DNA from: Polyangiales bacterium
GTDB lineage: Bacteria; Myxococcota_A; Polyangia; Polyangiales; Polyangiaceae
DNA length: 64,000 nucleotides
Direction of reading: 5' to 3'
Assembly (NCBI GenBank): GCA_038231275.1
Contig: JBBRLQ010000027.1
Coordinates: 44,841 to 108,840 of the forward strand
Shown here: piece by piece, positions 10,151-19,700 of the stretch
How the letters are laid out: every line of letters begins with the position of its first letter
Position numbering within the stretch: position 1 is the stretch's first letter
Position numbers and translations under genes: made by a program
The notes under the pieces: generated by a model
Told to the model about the DNA's origin: nothing
Databases searched by the model: none
The model's input: only the letters and a program-made list of their open reading frames with translations

Positions 10151-12142
10151 CTAATCCTTGATCGGCGTCGCCTTGAGCGAGGCGCGGCCTTCCTTCACGT
10201 AGACGGCGAACCTTACACGCTTGCAGCCGTGGCGTTGCATCAGCGCGTCGCGGTTCTTGCGCAGGGTCTGGGCGAATTTCTCGAAGGTGAGGCCCTCGGT
10301 CGGCTCGCCGCATTCGCGCTTCTTGCGGATGAAATCGTCGTAGACGCCGAGCCACTCCTCGGTTCCGTCCTCGGCGGCCCTGGCGCTCTCGCCGGTCGCG
10401 GCCGCGAGGACGTCCGCGGGAACTTGGCCGACCATCGTGGCCTCGTCCTCTTCGGCGGGCGTGTGCAGGCCGGGGACGCCCCCTTGAAGCGGCGACAGCG
10501 CGGCTTGCGTCGGCTCGTACGCGTCGGCGGGGTGCTGCTGGTGGTGCTGCGCGCCTGGCGACGACGGAGGCCCGCCGAGCGCGGTCGTCTGCGCGAAGGG
10601 AGACGTCGCGGGCATGCCGGCGTTCGGGCGCGGCGGCGGGAACGGATTGGGACCTGCGTTGGGACCTGCGTTCGGGCGCGGCGGCGGACCCGGCGGACCC
10701 ATGTGACCGCCGTGATGCTGCTGTTGTTGCTGCTGCATCTGGTGACCGAAATTTCCAGGACCGTTCTGCGGCGGCCCTTGCGGGCGCATCTGGTGCGAGC
10801 CGGTGCCAGGGTTCGGCTGCGGCGGACCCGGCGGACGGAACGGGCTCGGCGGTGGGCCACCCGGACCACCCGGGCTCATCTGCGGCGGAACGGAGCCGTC
10901 GGGCAACGGGAACGAGAACGCGCTCATCGCGGGCTGCGCGGGGACCGGTCCCAGGATGGACTCCAAATCGGCGGGCTTTCGCGCCGCGCCGCCGCCCCGC
11001 TCCAGCACGCGCTCGATGCCCTGGTTCACGTCCTGCGCGATCGGGCGGTATCCGCCGCGAAAACGCGGGAGCTGGAAATAATCGAGCTCTCCCTTGCGAA
11101 GCTTCCTCGCCTGCGCCGCGAGCTCTCCCATGGGCAGCGAGTGCTCCAGGAACGAGAAGAGGATGCCGAGCGTCGCGCCGAGGAGGACGACGGCGGCGAG
11201 CACGAACCAGTTGACGCTCTTCTTGTCGGTGTCGTCGGCGCCCGAGAGAAATCCGAGCGGCCCTTTGATGCTGACGCGAGGACGCAAGACCGAGAAGCCC
11301 GCGCCGAGATCCCACGCGTCGCCGGGGAGGCGCGCGTACATGGCGCCGACGTCGGGCGAGAGCGCGTGCACGTCGCTGCGGCCCGAGTCCTTGTAGATCT
11401 TGTCGTCGACGAGCTTCGGCAGATCGGCCGCGAGGAGCTCGAACGCGGCGTCGTCGAATTTTTCACCGGAGCCTTCGTACGACGCCATCGCGACGCGCTG
11501 GTTGCCGGCATAAAAGGCGATGTTGGTGCGCGCGCGCTTCGCCAGATCCTTGGCGAACTGCGGATCGACGGCGCGGATCGCGACGATGGCGCCGACCGGC
11601 GGCTGCGTCGAGTCGTCCTCTACCGGGCGAGAGACCACGCGATAGATCTTGCCGCCCCACACCCAGGTGTCGTCGCGCAGGTAGCCATGCAGCGCATCGA
11701 AGACCGCGGGGTAGCCGCCGAGCTCGAACTCGCCGTTGCTGTTTACCTGCTCGAAGCCGACCTGGGCGATGACCCGGCCATCGCGATCGACGGCGAAGAT
11801 CGCGTCGGGTTTGTAGTCGACGAATTTGCCCTGGATGTCCCCGAGCGCCCTCTTCGCGTCGTCGCGCGCCTTCTGCGGGATCTTGTCGGTGTCTTTGCCG
11901 TTGGCGGCGCCGAGCGACGCGCGCACGGTGGGATCGACGCTGCCGGGCAGGAGCAAATCGAGCCGCCTGCGCGCATCGATCTGGAGCGCCCAGCCGACGG
12001 TCTGGCTGTCCGACGCGAGGCCTTCGTTCATCGCCACGCCGTTGCGCCGGTTGTACTGCCCGACGGCCACGTACACGGCGTAGAGCGACACGCCGAGCAA
12101 GATGCTGATGAGCACGTACCAGAAGCGCGACAGGAGCATCAT
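10151..12142 (-). CDS. MXAN_5187-family-like membrane protein (2 TM, Pro-rich linker, conserved C-terminal domain)
   Basis: C-terminal CGEPTEGLTFEKF...GCKRVRFAVYVKEGRASLKATP. Confidence 0.75.
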   Translation of the reverse strand: MMLLSRFWYVLISILLGVSLYAVYVAVGQYNRRNGVAMNEGLASDSQTVGWALQIDARRRLDLLLPGSVDPTVRASLGAANGKDTDKIPQKARDDAKRALGDIQGKFVDYKPDAIFAVDRDGRVIAQVGFEQVNSNGEFELGGYPAVFDALHGYLRDDTWVWGGKIYRVVSRPVEDDSTQPPVGAIVAIRAVDPQFAKDLAKRARTNIAFYAGNQRVAMASYEGSGEKFDDAAFELLAADLPKLVDDKIYKDSGRSDVHALSPDVGAMYARLPGDAWDLGAGFSVLRPRVSIKGPLGFLSGADDTDKKSVNWFVLAAVVLLGATLGILFSFLEHSLPMGELAAQARKLRKGELDYFQLPRFRGGYRPIAQDVNQGIERVLERGGGAARKPADLESILGPVPAQPAMSAFSFPLPDGSVPPQMSPGGPGGPPPSPFRPPGPPQPNPGTGSHQMRPQGPPQNGPGNFGHQMQQQQQQHHGGHMGPPGPPPRPNAGPNAGPNPFPPPRPNAGMPATSPFAQTTALGGPPSSPGAQHHQQHPADAYEPTQAALSPLQGGVPGLHTPAEEDEATMVGQVPADVLAAATGESARAAEDGTEEWLGVYDDFIRKKRECGEPTEGLTFEKFAQTLRKNRDALMQRHGCKRVRFAVYVKEGRASLKATPIKD

Positions 12143-12894
12143 TTCGGAGGTGCTCCCGGCGCGGGCGGGGCGGGTGCCTCCGCCAGGTTGAACGGGTCCT
12201 TCATCGTGAAGGGCCCCTTGTCCTTCACGGTCACGGCCGACGTCCCGACGAGCCGCCCGTTGAAGAACGCCTTCAGGACGTACTCGCCGGACGAGAGGTT
12301 CAGCTCGAACGCGCCGTCACGACCGGGGTACGCGATGTCGGCGACGAACTGATCGACGAGGATGAACGAGCGCAGGCTCGGGAAGAGCTCGTCGCGCACC
12401 TCGAACTTACCGCCGCCCGCGGGCAGCGAAAACTCGCGCTGCATGTTCGGGTTGATCGTCTCCGCGCGCCAGGTCTGGCTGTCCTTGATGTAGAGGCGGT
12501 GCGGGAACGGATCGAAGTTCTTGAACGCGAGGCGCGTGCCGTTCGAGATGGCGATCGTCGCCGGGACGGTTCGTCCCCCCGTGATCTTGATGAGGTGGGC
12601 CGGCTCGTGCGCGGGCTGCTGCTGCTGCGAGATCGCGGCGACGCAGATCTCGCGGAGCGGGTTGCCCGAGAGGACGCGGAACTCCGGCTTCACCGTCGGT
12701 GACGGCTCGCGCCAGGTGTACCGGTGCGCGTCGGGCTTCGCGGCCTCGGCGTAGACGTCCGGGACGAGCTTCTCCTGGCCGTTGATCCGACCGCGGACGG
12801 GACCGGCGAAGGCCGCGCCGGTGGCGACGAGGATCGCGAAGGCGAGGAGCGTGGAGCGTTGAATCGAGGGAAGGTGCCGAATCATGCATTTCAT
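12139..12894 (-). CDS. Secreted hypothetical protein, cupredoxin/carboxypeptidase-regulatory-like folds
   Basis: Signal-like hydrophobic N-term; FKNFDPFPH motif; stop overlaps downstream start (ATGA); start codon uncertain (12885 or 12894). Confidence 0.6.
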   Translation of the reverse strand: MKCMIRHLPSIQRSTLLAFAILVATGAAFAGPVRGRINGQEKLVPDVYAEAAKPDAHRYTWREPSPTVKPEFRVLSGNPLREICVAAISQQQQPAHEPAHLIKITGGRTVPATIAISNGTRLAFKNFDPFPHRLYIKDSQTWRAETINPNMQREFSLPAGGGKFEVRDELFPSLRSFILVDQFVADIAYPGRDGAFELNLSSGEYVLKAFFNGRLVGTSAVTVKDKGPFTMKDPFNLAEAPAPPAPGAPPK

Positions 12895-13023
12895 CCGCGC
12901 GACTTCGGCCCAAGACGGCAGAGTTGCGAAGCGGCGGCGCGAGGGGTCTTCTAACTTTGCGAGACTGCTTGCGAAGACAAACGGTACCCTTATGCCGCAA
13001 CCGGTGTAAACGGCTTTGGAAGC

Positions 13024-14832
13024 ATGGCAGCCCGCGCCACGTCCCTGAACGCGCCCGAAGGCCCGGTTCGCCTGCTGCCGCGCGGCGATGGGCCTGCGCC
13101 GCTCGTATTTCGGCAGGGGGCGCGCGCCCCGTACGCCGTGCGCTGGTACGGCGTGACCTCCCTGTTCGGGCACTTTCGTAACTTCATCGCCCGCGCGATC
13201 GCCAGCGAATCGGTCGACTCGCGCGACTGGATGCGACCCCTCGAGGCCGACGAGATGCTCAAGCGCGCGGTTCGAGTCCTGGGAGGGGACCCGAACGCCA
13301 CCTCTCTAGTAGAGGGGCTCGGGCGGCCCATGTGGCTCGACTTCGTCGCCGACACCGGGGACGACCGAGACGTGAGCGCCGCGGTCGGGCGCCTCGTCGC
13401 CGCCACCTACACAGTGAAGGACGACGCCGGCGAAGAGCGCACGCTGCCCCGTGGCGAGGTCTTGCTCTTCGGCGGCGACACCGCGTACCCCGTCGCGACG
13501 GCGGAGGAGATCGATCGACGCCTCGTGCAGCCGTGGAACGAGGCGTTCGGCGAACCGGACGAGACGCCGCGCCTACTCCTCGGCATCCCGGGGAACCACG
13601 ACTGGTACGACGGCCTCGACGGCTTTGGTCGCTTGTTTCGTCGCGGGACCGGCGGCGGCGCCACGCATCACCCCAAGGAGGGATCGCGCCTGCTTCGCCG
13701 CCTGCGCCGCGGTGCGCGGACCCGCGAGGTCGGCCTCGCCGTGCGCGAGCTGCACCTCGACGAGGTCGGGGGCTTCTTCCGCCTGCTCGCCAACACCGCC
13801 CGCAGCGTCCGCGCATTCTTCCGCGGCGTCGGCATCAAGCGAGCGAAGCGCCTCGAGCTCGCGGGGTACACGCCGGTGCAGGAGTCGAGCTACTGGGTGC
13901 TGCCGCTCGCGGCGGGCATCGATCTATGGGGCGTCGATCGTCAGCTCGGACGCCTCGACTACCGCCAGCGTCAGTTCTTCCGGCGACGAAAGCGCGAGAC
14001 GCCCGAGCGCGCCAAGGTGTTCGTCGCGCCCGATCCGGCCGTCGGCTTCGGCGAGCCGTGGGATGCCGGCCAGCGCATGCTCGCCGGCTGCAAGATGTCC
14101 CTCGAGGACGAGCGGATGTTTTACCTCACGGGGGATTTGCACCACTACGAGCGCCGCGAGGTCGGCAAGTCGCTCCACGTGATCGCCGGCGGCGGCGGCG
14201 CGTTCTTGCACGGCACCCGCATCAGCCCAGCGCCGATGGGCCCGGCGAAATGCATGTACCCTACATCTTCCATGACGCAGAAGCTGACGGCGCAGGTCCC
14301 GCTGTCGCTGATGCTCGGGCGCGGCGGCTTCCTCACGCACATCGCGCTCGCGCTGGTGGCGTCGCTGGAGCTCGGCGCCGCTCTCGAAGGCGACGCGGCG
14401 CTGGTGGGCACGGCGGTGCTGGTGACGATCGCGATGAGCGTCGCCTTCTACCTCATCGCGGGGCACCAGCGCGCGCACCCGCGCACGATCGCAGCGGCGA
14501 GCGTGCCGTTCGGTGCTGCGTTGGGGTTGGCGCCGATGCTGCTCAAGCTCGCGATCCCGAAGGTGGTGCCGACGCTCGCGGGCGACACGGCGGTGATGGT
14601 GGCGTACGCGTTCTTGGGGACGTTCGTGTTCGGCGTCTTCCTGGCGTCGGTGGCGGTGGCGGGGCTCGAGCAACAGCAGGCGTTCGCGGCGCTGAGTCAT
14701 CCGGGGTTCAAGCACTTCGTGAGGTTCTGCGTGCATCCGGGGGGGCGGATGGAGGCGTGGGTGATTGGGAAGGATGATCCGCTGGCGAAGGCGGACGCGA
14801 CGCTGATCGACCGATTCGAGTGGGGGCCGTAA
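13024..14832 (+). CDS. Calcineurin-like metallophosphoesterase with C-terminal TM helices
   Basis: DFVADTGD, GGDTAYP, PGNHDWYDG, GDLHHYER, GGGGAFLHGT motifs. Confidence 0.85.
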   Translation: MAARATSLNAPEGPVRLLPRGDGPAPLVFRQGARAPYAVRWYGVTSLFGHFRNFIARAIASESVDSRDWMRPLEADEMLKRAVRVLGGDPNATSLVEGLGRPMWLDFVADTGDDRDVSAAVGRLVAATYTVKDDAGEERTLPRGEVLLFGGDTAYPVATAEEIDRRLVQPWNEAFGEPDETPRLLLGIPGNHDWYDGLDGFGRLFRRGTGGGATHHPKEGSRLLRRLRRGARTREVGLAVRELHLDEVGGFFRLLANTARSVRAFFRGVGIKRAKRLELAGYTPVQESSYWVLPLAAGIDLWGVDRQLGRLDYRQRQFFRRRKRETPERAKVFVAPDPAVGFGEPWDAGQRMLAGCKMSLEDERMFYLTGDLHHYERREVGKSLHVIAGGGGAFLHGTRISPAPMGPAKCMYPTSSMTQKLTAQVPLSLMLGRGGFLTHIALALVASLELGAALEGDAALVGTAVLVTIAMSVAFYLIAGHQRAHPRTIAAASVPFGAALGLAPMLLKLAIPKVVPTLAGDTAVMVAYAFLGTFVFGVFLASVAVAGLEQQQAFAALSHPGFKHFVRFCVHPGGRMEAWVIGKDDPLAKADATLIDRFEWGP

Positions 14833-15000
14833 CGCGGTCGTGGTCGCGGTTCGTGGTCGCGGTCGGGGTCGGGGTCGCCGTCACGGCATCCCCCCTGGTT
14901 GGTCGCTGGTCACCGTTTGCAGGATCTTCGCCGACCCACGCCCGACCTCCGCGCGTGTCCAGCCACACAGTATTGCTGGAACAATCCGCGCTTCTCCTTC

Positions 15001-15016
15001 TGGCATACTACGTGCA
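15001..15016 (+). promoter_or_regulatory. Candidate sigma54 (-24/-12) promoter
   Basis: TGGCAT-ACTAC-GTGCA; GG-N10-GC spacing; just upstream of ATG 15029. Confidence 0.35.
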
Positions 15017-15028
15017 CCTACATGTCGT

Positions 15029-16594
15029 ATGCCGCTTCGACCTCGGCTTCTTCTTCTAGCCCTGAGCACGAGCATTCTCGCTCCCCTCGCCTGCTCGTCT
15101 GCCGCGCCCGCGACCGCTTCCGCGGAGATTGTCCGCGTCGACGCGCTCCTCAGTGGTCGGCGCGCGACGCTTTTGCGTGCTCGTACGACACGCGAGGTTC
15201 GGCCGCTCGCGCCTGGCGCGCCCGCCGGCGAGCCCGGCGTTCGTTGGGAACTGATCGACCCCACCGGAGCACGAATCGCCCGAGGCACCGGACCCGACGT
15301 CCACGCCGCGCGCTACGAGTTCGGCGAAGGAGAGCAAGTCGACCCGGTGGCCAATCCACGCAGCGCGGTCGGGACGATCTCGATCGAGATCCCCAACGTC
15401 GACGGGACGCTGCGCTTCTGGGACGCCGACGGCACCGCGGCAGGCGAGGTGCCGTTCCACGCCCTCGGCGCGCCAGCACCTGGCGTGAGCGAGTCGAGCC
15501 TCGTGAACTTGTCCACCGACGTCCTCGGCGCACCCGTCGCGCTGGTCGATCACGGGGACGCGCGAAGCCACGTGAACTTCCTCTTCTTGCCCGAGGGGTA
15601 CACGGAGGAGGAGTTGCCGCAGTTCCACGAGCAGGCCGCGCGGTTCGCGAGCGGGCTCTCGCAGATCGCGGGCTACTCCGATCATTGGGACGAGGTGAAC
15701 GTCTATTACCAGGACGTCCGCTCCAAGAGCTCCGGCATCGCCGATCCGACGCGACCGGACGCGACGAGGAGCACCGCGTTCGAGGCCACCTTCGGCGACG
15801 GCGTCAGCTCGCCGCAGCGGTGCATCCTCCCGTCGCACCGCGTGAGCGCCGCGGCCATCGCGAGCGCGCACGCGATCGCGCGGAAGGTCGCCGCCGATCA
15901 AATCGTGATCGTCGCCAATACGAGCGTATACGGCGGCTGCGCGATTCCCGCCGATCGCATCGCGGTCATCTCCGCGAACGACGCGGCCATCCGCATCGTG
16001 GCGCACGAGGTCGGCCATTCGCTCTTCAAGCTTGCCGACGAGTACGCCTACAACCCGCCCACCTGCGATGTTGCGCGCTGGAAGAAGGGGACCGCGAACG
16101 TGTCGAGCGACCTCGCCGCGTTGCCCTGGCAGGACCTGATCCCGGACGGCACGACGCTCCCGAGCGAACCGAACGACTCGGCGACGCCCATCGGCGCGTT
16201 CGAAGGGGCCGGATACTGTGCGACCGGCGCGTATCGACCGTCCGACAAGTGCATGATGAACCTCCTCGCGGACTCGTTCTGTCCCGTATGCAGGCGCGAA
16301 ATCGATCGCTACTTCGCAAAGCGTACCGGGGCAGGCCCCATCAACGACGTGCGCGTGCGCAACGCGAGCGGCGCAGGGCTCTTCGTCGGCTGCGACGGCA
16401 CGACGTCCGAGACGTGCTCGGAGCTCACGTACATCGCAGCAGGCAAGACCGCGCTGATTCACACGCAGGACGGCTCGATGATCCTCGACAACCAGACGGT
16501 CCCCAACGCGCCGGTCGCCATGTCCTTCCAGCACGTCACCGCCGCCTCCGCGGACGTGACGGTCGGCGCCGACGCGACCCATCCTCTTCGGTGA
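15029..16594 (+). CDS. Peptidase M64 (IgA peptidase-like) metalloprotease, probable lipoprotein
   Basis: LAPLAC lipobox; FLPEGYT..E; zinc motif AHEVGHSLFKLADEY; GAFEGAGY...YRP...CMM...FCPVCR. Confidence 0.85.
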   Translation: MPLRPRLLLLALSTSILAPLACSSAAPATASAEIVRVDALLSGRRATLLRARTTREVRPLAPGAPAGEPGVRWELIDPTGARIARGTGPDVHAARYEFGEGEQVDPVANPRSAVGTISIEIPNVDGTLRFWDADGTAAGEVPFHALGAPAPGVSESSLVNLSTDVLGAPVALVDHGDARSHVNFLFLPEGYTEEELPQFHEQAARFASGLSQIAGYSDHWDEVNVYYQDVRSKSSGIADPTRPDATRSTAFEATFGDGVSSPQRCILPSHRVSAAAIASAHAIARKVAADQIVIVANTSVYGGCAIPADRIAVISANDAAIRIVAHEVGHSLFKLADEYAYNPPTCDVARWKKGTANVSSDLAALPWQDLIPDGTTLPSEPNDSATPIGAFEGAGYCATGAYRPSDKCMMNLLADSFCPVCRREIDRYFAKRTGAGPINDVRVRNASGAGLFVGCDGTTSETCSELTYIAAGKTALIHTQDGSMILDNQTVPNAPVAMSFQHVTAASADVTVGADATHPLR

Positions 16595-16628
16595 TGAGTG
16601 GAGCGAAGCGCAGCGGAGCGAAACGCTC
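16592..16628 (+). repeat. REP-like motif TGATGAGTGGAGCGAAGCGCAGCGGAGCGAAACGCTC
   Basis: First 20 nt identical to 61770-61789 (reverse strand); 31 nt identical to part of the 58-bp tandem unit at 63796+. Confidence 0.75.
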
Positions 16629-16633
16629 TTGAG

Positions 16634-17005
16634 CTAGCGCGAAGCTGAGAGCTCCACGACCACCGCGTCCACGCTGTGCGTCGTCGGGACCCTCACCTTC
16701 GACACCGACACCCTGATGTGCGTCGCCGGCGTCTCCGCGAGGAGCCGATCGAGCAAGAGGCGCGCGTACGTCTCCAGCAGTCGATGCGAACGCGCGGTTC
16801 CTTCTTCGACGACGAGGCGCGCGACCCAGTCGTAGTCGAAAACCTCGCGAACGTTGTCGCTCTGGGGCATCCGCTCGAACGGCAGCGTCACGTCGACGTC
16901 GACCGACACGTCTTGCGGAATGTCGCGCTCGGAGCGGGAGGCGCCCATCCTCGCGCGGAAACGGACGCCACGGAGGGTGATGCGGTACGTCTTGGTCGGC
17001 TGCAC
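16634..17005 (-). CDS. folB: Dihydroneopterin aldolase
   Basis: ITLRGVRFRARMG...ERDIPQDVSVDV...FDY...LLETYA...VSVSK; GTG start at 17005 inferred. Confidence 0.75.
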   Translation of the reverse strand: MQPTKTYRITLRGVRFRARMGASRSERDIPQDVSVDVDVTLPFERMPQSDNVREVFDYDWVARLVVEEGTARSHRLLETYARLLLDRLLAETPATHIRVSVSKVRVPTTHSVDAVVVELSASR

Positions 17006-17019
17006 GATCGCGAGTCTAC

Positions 17020-17137
<118 letters not shown>

Positions 17138-17142
17138 AGCGC

Positions 17143-18393
17143 TCACTCTTTTCGCCGTGACGCCGCCCGAACCAGATACCCCAACACCAGCGCGCCCGCC
17201 GCAGTCCCCCACTCCGCGCGCGTCCCATGGGCGACGAGGAGCAGCGGCGCCACCAGCGCCGGAATCGCGAGCCACCCATCCCGTGGGACGAAGCCGTGTC
17301 GGCGCCGCACCGACAGCCATGCCAGCGCCGCCGCGGCCGACGCGAACTGGCAGAGCACCGCCACGCTCGACATCACGAGGAGCTGATCGAGGTGCGCGCC
17401 GAACGCGACCGCGAGGCCGACGACGAGCGCCAGCGTCACAACGAGCGCGCGGCGCGGGACGCCGTGATGCATCTCGGAGAGGCGCCCCGCGAGGGACTCT
17501 TGCGCGGCGAGCGCGGCGAGGTAGCGCGGCGTCATCGAGATCATGCCGAACGCGATGCCCAGCGCGGACAGCGACGTGCCCCAGGTGAGGAGCGCGCGCA
17601 TCCCCGCCCCTCCGACGGCCCCCGCCGCGTCGGCGAGCGGCGCCTCCGACGCTCCTAGCGCGCCGCCGAGCGCGCGCGTGCACACCGTCTGGAGCACGAG
17701 GTAGAGAAGCGTGGCCGCGCCGAGCGATGCCACCGTCGCGAGCGGCACCGCGCGGCCGACCGATCTCGCCTGCCCCGCGACGACGGGGACGATCTCGAAG
17801 CCCTGGAACGCGAACGTCGCGAGCAGCGCGGCGCCGAGCCACGATCCGCCTCCGGGCGCCGTCGCCGTCGCCGCGACGACCGGCTCGGCCGCGACCGGAG
17901 ACACCGCGAGCCCGACCACCGCCAGCGCGAGCAGCGGCACGAGCTTCAGCGCCGTGAGCCCCGTCCACACGCGCGCCGAGAGGACGATCCCGATCGCGCA
18001 CAGCGCCGCGAGCGCCGCCGCTACGAACGCCCCAAGCGCGCGCGCCCCTCCCGTACCGACCAGCGCCTGCGCCAACCCCACGCACGTCGACGCCGTGCTC
18101 AAGACCGCGCTCACGTACGCCATCCACCCCACGGCAAACGCGATCCACGGCGGAAATGCCGCGCGCGCGTACAGCACCGGCCCGCCGTCCTCCTGGAACC
18201 GCCGCGAGAGGCGCGCGTACACGAGCGCGACCGGAGCGAGCAGCGCCGCGGTCAGCGCGAACGCCATCACACTGCCACCGGGCGGCGCCGCGCGCGCGAT
18301 CTCCGCCGGCGTGAAGAAGATCCCGACGCCGACGATGCCGTTCAGCCCGAGCGCGAACAGGCTCGGAAAGCCGAGCGGCCGCCGCTCGCTCAC
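17143..18393 (-). CDS. APC-family amino acid permease
   Basis: GIVGVGIFFTP, GGPVLYARAAF, FAFQGFE motifs; ~12 TM. Confidence 0.9.
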   Translation of the reverse strand: MSERRPLGFPSLFALGLNGIVGVGIFFTPAEIARAAPPGGSVMAFALTAALLAPVALVYARLSRRFQEDGGPVLYARAAFPPWIAFAVGWMAYVSAVLSTASTCVGLAQALVGTGGARALGAFVAAALAALCAIGIVLSARVWTGLTALKLVPLLALAVVGLAVSPVAAEPVVAATATAPGGGSWLGAALLATFAFQGFEIVPVVAGQARSVGRAVPLATVASLGAATLLYLVLQTVCTRALGGALGASEAPLADAAGAVGGAGMRALLTWGTSLSALGIAFGMISMTPRYLAALAAQESLAGRLSEMHHGVPRRALVVTLALVVGLAVAFGAHLDQLLVMSSVAVLCQFASAAAALAWLSVRRRHGFVPRDGWLAIPALVAPLLLVAHGTRAEWGTAAGALVLGYLVRAASRRKE

Positions 18394-19700
18394 CGGACGC
18401 GTGCGGGGATCTTCAAGACGAAACGCGTCCCGGTCGGCGTCACCGCCTCCGCGTGGATGTCCCCGCCGTGTCCCTCGAGGATGTTCTTCACGATCGAGAG
18501 GCCGAGCCCCGTGCCCTTGCCGTCCGTCTTCGTCGTGAAGAACGGGGCGAAGACGTGCGGGAGGTTCTCGCGCGAGATGCCGTGCCCGTTGTCCTCCACG
18601 AGGACGAAGACCGTCCCGCCCTCCACGCGCGTCGTCACCACGAGTCGTCCGTTGCCGGCCGGCATCGCGTGACAGGCGTTGGTGACGAGGTTCACGAAGA
18701 CCTGCGCCAGCTGTTCGGGCATGCCCTCCACTTCGGGCAGCTGCGCCGCGTAGCGCCGCTCGACCTTCGCGCCCGCCTCGTCGAGGACGTGCTCGCAGAA
18801 CGCCAGCGCCCGATCGACGACAGTCTGCACGGAGACCGCCACCGGCGACTCGCTCGACGGCCGCGCGTACGTCACCAAATCGCGCGTGAAGCGGAGCATT
18901 CGCCCCGCGCTCTCGTTCACCCGGCGGAGGCGCTCGAGATCGTCGGCGTCGCCGCGCGCCTGCGCCCGCCGCGAGAGGTAGTCCGTGTACGCGACGATCG
19001 ACGTGAGGGGGTTGTTGAGCTCGTGGACGACGCCCGCCGCGATCTGCCCGAGGCTGGCGAGCTTCTCCGCCTGCACCATGTGCGAGTTGAGCTTGCGCAG
19101 ATCCGACGCGGCGGACTCGGCGATGGCGTACTTGCGGGCCTGAATCAGGCCTCGCTGCATCACCTGCGCCGCGCGGAGCATCAGGAGGTTGGCCGGCGCC
19201 CGCGAGTCGGTGGTCGCCGGATCGTCGGAGGCGATGTGCAGCGTCGTGCCCGCAGCGTTGCCCTCGACGTCGTAGACGCGCTCGTGCACGTACCCCGGGA
19301 AGAGCCGCGCCGGATCGACGCCCACCGAGCGGTGCTCCTCGCCAGGAGGCACGACCTTCGACACCTTCTGCTCACCGCCGCCGCCCGCCACGGTGTCCAC
19401 GAGGCACGCGCCGACGCCCCAGTCGGGGAGGAGCGCCGCGAGCGTATCGATGATCGCGTCGACGACGCTCGCCTCTCCCTCCTCGACGGGGAGCGTATTG
19501 GACGTGATGAGGAGGGTGTCGAGCCACGCCGCCGGGACGTCGAGCACCACGCTCCGCCGAAGCGTCTTGGCCTCGTGGCTGATCGGGATCGACGAGACGG
19601 TGACGCGGTCGTGCGGCTCTTGCGTACCGCTGCTGATGAGCGCTTGCGAGTCGCGCGTCGTCTGCGGGATGGAGTCGCGCGGGTTGCTCGACCGCGTCAT
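18390..19700 (-). CDS. Sensor histidine kinase (HisKA + HATPase_c)
   Basis: QAEKLASLGQIAAGVVHELNNPL; NLVTNACHA; DNGHGI; FAPFFTTK..GKGTGLGL. Confidence 0.92.
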   Translation of the reverse strand: MTRSSNPRDSIPQTTRDSQALISSGTQEPHDRVTVSSIPISHEAKTLRRSVVLDVPAAWLDTLLITSNTLPVEEGEASVVDAIIDTLAALLPDWGVGACLVDTVAGGGGEQKVSKVVPPGEEHRSVGVDPARLFPGYVHERVYDVEGNAAGTTLHIASDDPATTDSRAPANLLMLRAAQVMQRGLIQARKYAIAESAASDLRKLNSHMVQAEKLASLGQIAAGVVHELNNPLTSIVAYTDYLSRRAQARGDADDLERLRRVNESAGRMLRFTRDLVTYARPSSESPVAVSVQTVVDRALAFCEHVLDEAGAKVERRYAAQLPEVEGMPEQLAQVFVNLVTNACHAMPAGNGRLVVTTRVEGGTVFVLVEDNGHGISRENLPHVFAPFFTTKTDGKGTGLGLSIVKNILEGHGGDIHAEAVTPTGTRFVLKIPARVR

